DNA of 32,000 bases, from contig NZ_CP021983.2 in the NCBI RefSeq assembly GCF_002075285.3, positions 720,001-752,000 of the forward strand. Reading direction: 5' to 3'. The notes below the pieces were generated by a model, which made no database searches, was not told where the DNA came from, and saw only the letters and a program-made list of their open reading frames with translations. The translations under genes were made by a program, and so were the position numbers. The first letter of the stretch is position 1. Each line of letters starts with the position of its first letter. Of this stretch, positions 25,772 to 32,000 are shown piece after piece. Origin of the DNA: Halomicronema hongdechloris C2206. Its GTDB lineage: Bacteria > Cyanobacteriota > Cyanobacteriia > Phormidesmidales > Phormidesmidaceae.

Positions 25772-27127
25772 TTGCCGGTTTGGGAACACACTGTGTTGGG
25801 AAATAATCGACTGGAAACGCTCAAGCGTTGGATAGCTACGCAAATACACCGTTCAGGGCGGCAGATTGCCCTGGCCTTAGTGGCAGCTTTAGTCGTTGTC
25901 GGGGCCGGATGGTGGGTAGCGTGGTCGCAGCAGCCGGTCACGATTTCGTTTCTAGTGCGGGCGGTGGAAGCCCAACAGCTTCAGATTTTGGCTGATGAGT
26001 TCGAGGCGGAACATCCCAACATCAAGATCGACATGGTGGAGGGACCCAACGCTGCCGACAACGTCGAAAATCTCTATACCACGTCATTCCTGCTGGGGGA
26101 TTCGCCCTACGACTTGGTGTACTCCGATGTGGTCTGGATCCCTAAGTTTGCGGCGGCGGGCTGGCTGATGGATTTGTCTGATCGCGTCAGTGAGTCGGAA
26201 CTAGCTCAATTTCTGGATGCGGATGTGGCCGCGGGGCAATATCAGGGGGGACTCTACCGGATGCCCTTCCGCACCGCCATGGGGATGCTCTACTATCGCA
26301 CCGATTTACTCGAGCAGCTGGGCATGGATGCCCCGGACACCTTTACTGATCTAATCGAGGCTTCCCAAGCTATCCAGGAGCAGACGGATGTGCCCTGGGG
26401 CTATGTCTGGCAAGGGTTGCAGTATGAAGGCTTGGTGACTAACTTTGTGGAAATCGTGGCGGGTTACGGTGGCTTTTGGATCGACCCGGAGACCTTGGAC
26501 GTGGGACTCGATCAGCCCGAGGCAGTGCAGGCTGTGGAGTTCATGCGCGATGTGATCACTGAAGAGATCTCACCGGCAGGGGTCACCAACTACTTGGAGG
26601 AAGACTCGCTGCGAGTGTTTGAGAATGGCAACGCCGCCTTCTTGCGCAATTGGCCCTACGTCTGGGCAGAAGCCAATAAGGAAGACTCTCCGGTGCAAGG
26701 CAACATTGCGCTGAAGCCGATGGTGCACGCCCCCAACCAAGATGCAGCAGCCTGTCTGGGCGGTTGGGGCTTTGGCATTGCCAAGAGTACACCACATCCG
26801 GAAGAGGCTTGGGAAGTGGTGCAGTTCTTCACCAGCCGCCGGGGCCAGAAACAATTTGCCCTGGAACATGCCTATGTCCCCAGCCGCCGGGACTTGTTCA
26901 CCGATCCCGACATTCTGGCTAAGTTTCCCCATTATGAGCAGCTGCTAGAGGTGGCTGCAGCCACCGTGCCCCGGCCCCCGGTGGGTCAGTACGCCCAGCT
27001 GTCTGATATCTTGCAGCGCTATCTGAGTTCGGCGCTGACCGATCAGATGACGCCTGAGGCTGCTATGCAGCGAGCAGCAGGCGAGAGCCGCCGCGTGCTG
27101 GGGACTATTTCTCGGCAGTCTTCCTAG
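25772..27127 (+). CDS. ABC transporter substrate-binding protein (family 1, carbohydrate-type)
   Basis: N-terminal TM/signal anchor IALALVAALVVVGAGWWVAW. Family-1 SBP-like body (PYDLVYSDVVWIPKFAAAGWL, YRMPF, GGWGFGIAK). First gene of a permease-permease-ATPase operon. Start is TTG 25772 or GTG 25793. Confidence 0.85.
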   Translation: MPVWEHTVLGNNRLETLKRWIATQIHRSGRQIALALVAALVVVGAGWWVAWSQQPVTISFLVRAVEAQQLQILADEFEAEHPNIKIDMVEGPNAADNVENLYTTSFLLGDSPYDLVYSDVVWIPKFAAAGWLMDLSDRVSESELAQFLDADVAAGQYQGGLYRMPFRTAMGMLYYRTDLLEQLGMDAPDTFTDLIEASQAIQEQTDVPWGYVWQGLQYEGLVTNFVEIVAGYGGFWIDPETLDVGLDQPEAVQAVEFMRDVITEEISPAGVTNYLEEDSLRVFENGNAAFLRNWPYVWAEANKEDSPVQGNIALKPMVHAPNQDAAACLGGWGFGIAKSTPHPEEAWEVVQFFTSRRGQKQFALEHAYVPSRRDLFTDPDILAKFPHYEQLLEVAAATVPRPPVGQYAQLSDILQRYLSSALTDQMTPEAAMQRAAGESRRVLGTISRQSS

Positions 27128-27179
27128 GGCTGTGAGCTGGCTGCTAGCTATTGTTTTGATGTGACGTTGCGATCGCACC

Positions 27180-28091
27180 ATGACCCAAGACTACATTCGC
27201 CAACGAGAGCGACGCACGGGCTGGTATTTGACGATTCCGGCCGTGCTGGTGCTGCTGTTGGTGTACGCCTATCCGATCATCTGGGCCTTCGTGTCGAGCC
27301 TGTTTACGGAAAACCTCAGCACCAATCTAGAGACGGTTTTCACCGGCTTCGACAACTATACGCGTCTGGTCCTGGATGGCCGCTTCTGGCAGAGCATGTG
27401 GAACACCGCCGTGTTTACCGTGGTGTCTCTGGTGATCGAGTTGGTGCTGGGCCTGGGCATTGCCCTCACCCTAGATCAGGGCTTTCGCGGCCGCGGCTGG
27501 GTCCGTACCATCGCCATTCTGCCCTGGGCGTTGCCGACGGCGCTGATTGCCCTGGCCTGGCGCTGGATCTTCAATGACCAGTTCGGTGTCTGGAACGACA
27601 TGCTGATCAACTGGTTCGGCATTCTGCAGGAGCCCATTAGTTGGCTGGGGGATCCGGTCTGGGCCATGGTGGCGGTGATCGCCGCCGACGTCTGGAAGAC
27701 CACCTCCTTTGTGGCGATTCTGCTGCTGGCCGGGCTGCAGTCGATTCCCCAGGATCTCTATGAGGCCCACGCCATCGACGGCGCCTCTCCCTGGCAGAGC
27801 TTTCGGCAGATCACGCTGCCGTTGATCATGCCGCAGATCTTGATTGCCATGCTGTTCCGCTTTGCCCTGGCCTTCGGCATCTTCGATTTGGTCCTGGTGA
27901 TGACCGGCGGCGGTCCCGGGGGAGCTACCGAGATGGTATCGCTCTACATCTACGACACGGTGATGCGCTACCTGGACTTCGGCTATGGAGCCGCCCTGGT
28001 GGTCGTCACCTTCTTGATCTTGATTGCCGTGGTTGCGATCGCAGGTTTCTATATCTCCAAATTTCGTACCGCAACGGGGGTTGAAGAGTAA
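27180..28091 (+). CDS. Sugar ABC transporter permease (MalF/UgpA-like)
   Basis: Six hydrophobic segments. EAA-type loop LQSIPQDLYEAHAIDGASPWQSFRQITLPL. Confidence 0.9.
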   Translation: MTQDYIRQRERRTGWYLTIPAVLVLLLVYAYPIIWAFVSSLFTENLSTNLETVFTGFDNYTRLVLDGRFWQSMWNTAVFTVVSLVIELVLGLGIALTLDQGFRGRGWVRTIAILPWALPTALIALAWRWIFNDQFGVWNDMLINWFGILQEPISWLGDPVWAMVAVIAADVWKTTSFVAILLLAGLQSIPQDLYEAHAIDGASPWQSFRQITLPLIMPQILIAMLFRFALAFGIFDLVLVMTGGGPGGATEMVSLYIYDTVMRYLDFGYGAALVVVTFLILIAVVAIAGFYISKFRTATGVEE

Positions 28092-28978
28092 TGACAACCG
28101 CACCAGAACCGATCACACCCACCCAGAGCGCCGGGCAACCCAGCGTTCCCTGGCGGAAAATCGCGATGTGGGCCGCCGTTGTCTTTACCGTCTTGTTTAG
28201 CCTCGGTCCCCCCGTCTGGGAGCTGTTGACCTCCATCAAGACAAACCCGGCCATTACCGCCAATCCGGTGGTCTATTTTCCCAGTCTGGAGCAGCTCACC
28301 CTAGAGCACTATATCCAGCTCTTCACCCGCAATCAGTTCTACGTCTACATCTTCAACAGCGCCCTGGTCTCGGTGATTTCTACCCTGCTGTGTCTGGGGA
28401 TTGGCTCACCCGCCGCCTATGCCCTGGCTCGGTTGCGAATTCCCGGTGAACGCATCGTGCTCACCTGCGTCATGGGCGTCACCCTATTCCCCTACATTCT
28501 GCTGTTTCTGGGCCTGCTGCGACTGGTGCAAATGGTGGGACTGGCCAATAACTACCTGGCCCTGATCATCCCCTATACTGCCATCAACATGCCGCTGACG
28601 ATTCTGGTCATGCGCAGCTTCTTCCAGCAGCTTCCCAAAGACCTCGAAGACTCCGCCAAGGTGGATGGCTACAACGTGCTGCAAATGCTCTGGGAAATCC
28701 TGCTACCGATGACCTGGCCGGCCCTAGTGACGACTGGCATCTTGGCCTTCATCTTCGCCTGGAACGAATTTATCTTTGCCCTGACGTTCATCACGCGGGA
28801 GTCGATGAAGACGATTCCAGTGGCAGCGGCTCAGTTGGGCGGTACCAGCCTGTTTGAAGTGCCCTATGGACCGCTGGCGGCGGCTACCGTGATTGGTACC
28901 TTACCGCTGGTGCTGCTGGTGCTGTTCTTCCAGCGCAAGATTGTGCAGGGTCTGACCGCTGGTTCCGTGAAGGGATAG
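28091..28978 (+). CDS. Sugar ABC transporter permease (MalG/UgpE-like)
   Basis: EAA loop LPKDLEDSAKVDGYNVLQMLWEILLPM. The ATG overlaps the upstream stop (TAATG), implying translational coupling. Confidence 0.9.
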   Translation: MTTAPEPITPTQSAGQPSVPWRKIAMWAAVVFTVLFSLGPPVWELLTSIKTNPAITANPVVYFPSLEQLTLEHYIQLFTRNQFYVYIFNSALVSVISTLLCLGIGSPAAYALARLRIPGERIVLTCVMGVTLFPYILLFLGLLRLVQMVGLANNYLALIIPYTAINMPLTILVMRSFFQQLPKDLEDSAKVDGYNVLQMLWEILLPMTWPALVTTGILAFIFAWNEFIFALTFITRESMKTIPVAAAQLGGTSLFEVPYGPLAAATVIGTLPLVLLVLFFQRKIVQGLTAGSVKG

Positions 28979-29033
28979 GGACCTGCCCCGCTGGGATTGC
29001 CGTTGATTATCGAGAAGATCTGCAGATAGACCC

Positions 29034-30104
29034 ATGGCTAAGCTCAAATTAAACAATCTGACCAAAGCCTACAGCCGCAAAGTGGTGCCGGTGAAGGAAC
29101 TCAGCCTCAGCGTCGAGGATAACGAGTTTCTCACCTTGGTCGGCCCCTCTGGTTGCGGTAAGTCCACCATCTTGCGCTTGATTGCCGGCTTAGAACAGGC
29201 GACGGCAGGCCAGGTGCTGATCGGCGACAAAGACATCACGCCGCTGCCGCCGAAAGAGCGCAATATCGCCATGGTGTTCCAGAGCTACGCCCTCTATCCC
29301 CACATGACGGTCTATGAAAATATGGCCTCTGGGTTGAAGCTGCGGGGTCTACCGGCGGGGGATATCCAAAAGCGGATTCAAGATGCCTCGCGCGTGCTGG
29401 GCCTAGATGAGCTGTTCGATCGCCGGCCCTCTCAGCTATCGGGGGGACAGCGGCAGCGAGTCGCCCTGGGTCGGGCATTAGTGCGGGAGCCAGAGGCATT
29501 TTTGTTAGACGAGCCCTTGAGTAACTTAGATGCCTTACTGCGGGAGCAGGTCCGGGCCGATCTGAAGCAGATCTTCGAAGCTCAGCGGTCCCCAGTGGTG
29601 TATGTCACCCATGACCAGACCGAGGCCATGACCTTGTCTACCAAGGTGGCGGTGCTGAGTCAGGGCCATCTGCAGCAATTGGGCACCCCCGATGCCATCT
29701 ACCGCAAACCGGCCAACCGCTTTGTGGCGGGCTTCATCGGCAGTCCCCAGATGAACTTAATCACCCTGGAACGGGTGGAAAAGTCGGTATTGCTGGGGGA
29801 TTTCAGGATTGATTTACCCGAGGGAATTTCCCCGCACCCCAGCGTCGTCATGGGCATTCGCCCGGAGCATGTACGCCTGCCCCAACCCGGTGACCAGCAG
29901 ACGATTCGCGGAGATGTCTTCCTGGTGGAGAATCTGGGGATGAGTACTCTGATCAGTGTGCGCATTCATGGTACTGACGACACCACCCTACGGGCATTGT
30001 TGCCATCGGATGCCGACTGGAGCCGCGACAATATTGAGTTGGCCTTGCCGCCGCAGTTACTCCATTGGTTCAACGCCGATACGGAAGAACGGTTAGGGTC
30101 TTAG
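29034..30104 (+). CDS. ABC transporter ATP-binding protein (MalK/UgpC-like with C-terminal regulatory/TOBE domain)
   Basis: Walker A GPSGCGKST, Q-loop VFQSYALYPH, signature LSGGQRQRVALGRAL, Walker B FLLDEPLSNLD, H-loop VTHDQ. Confidence 0.93.
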   Translation: MAKLKLNNLTKAYSRKVVPVKELSLSVEDNEFLTLVGPSGCGKSTILRLIAGLEQATAGQVLIGDKDITPLPPKERNIAMVFQSYALYPHMTVYENMASGLKLRGLPAGDIQKRIQDASRVLGLDELFDRRPSQLSGGQRQRVALGRALVREPEAFLLDEPLSNLDALLREQVRADLKQIFEAQRSPVVYVTHDQTEAMTLSTKVAVLSQGHLQQLGTPDAIYRKPANRFVAGFIGSPQMNLITLERVEKSVLLGDFRIDLPEGISPHPSVVMGIRPEHVRLPQPGDQQTIRGDVFLVENLGMSTLISVRIHGTDDTTLRALLPSDADWSRDNIELALPPQLLHWFNADTEERLGS

Positions 30105-30145
30105 CCGACTGGTTGCAATCCCCCCAGATCTCTGCTGAGATATCC

Positions 30146-32000
<1,855 letters not shown>

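Noticed and set aside
27471-28103. 210-aa antisense ORF across the first ABC permease. Similar shadows occur at 7838-8958 inside egtB, 4005-4860 inside the cyclase, 10993-12221 inside the 573-aa gene and 14651-15272 inside amt.
   Set aside because: They lie opposite clearly homologous genes. They have low-complexity G/R/P/H-rich composition and no start-site signals, which is typical of high-GC antisense open frames.
30065-30145. Upstream extension of the DUF45 ORF, overlapping the ABC ATPase gene by 40 nt
   Set aside because: The extension (VQRRYGRTVRVLADW...) shows no family similarity. ATG 30146 gives a protein that starts where DUF45 homologues normally start.

Overview
This looks like a cyanobacterial chromosomal segment. 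Evidence: 13 copies of the HIP1 octamer GCGATCGC, chlM, tocopherol cyclase, an amt gene with an NtcA-type promoter, and STRR-like heptamer arrays.

Most of the window is ordinary core or signalling gene content, about 26 protein genes. Two real genes are missing from the ORF track because they run off the window edges:
- Left edge (1-2513, minus): the first ~837 codons of a type III CRISPR cas10/cmr2 large-subunit gene. The rest of its operon must lie to the left of the window, and there is no CRISPR array inside it.
- Right edge (30921-32000, plus): a nearly complete tocopherol cyclase.

Genes in between, in order:
- mtnD
- a Cache-HAMP class III adenylate cyclase
- a small 2-TM ORF preceded by a 13-mer tandem array
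- an egtC-egtB-egtD ergothioneine operon bracketed by (GGCAGAA)n arrays
- a Uma2 endonuclease
- a 573-aa orphan membrane/coiled-coil protein
- chlM
- purE
- amt
- a DICT-GAF histidine kinase
- a small hypothetical protein
- a GNAT acetyltransferase
- a YHS lipoprotein
- a ~980-codon GAF-PAS-GAF-PAS-GAF-GGDEF gene split by a single +1 frameshift
- a low-GC histidine kinase
- a Nudix hydrolase
- a four-gene sugar-type ABC importer
- a DUF45 metallopeptidase

I do not see a coherent multi-gene system that I can call novel from sequence alone. The best leads are:
- the cas10 locus boundary, where the HD dyad appears degenerate while GGDD is intact
- the orphan 573-aa membrane protein
- a conserved ~21-nt core element embedded in heptamer arrays at two loci
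- the overlapping egtC/egtB reading frames
- the frameshifted diguanylate cyclase
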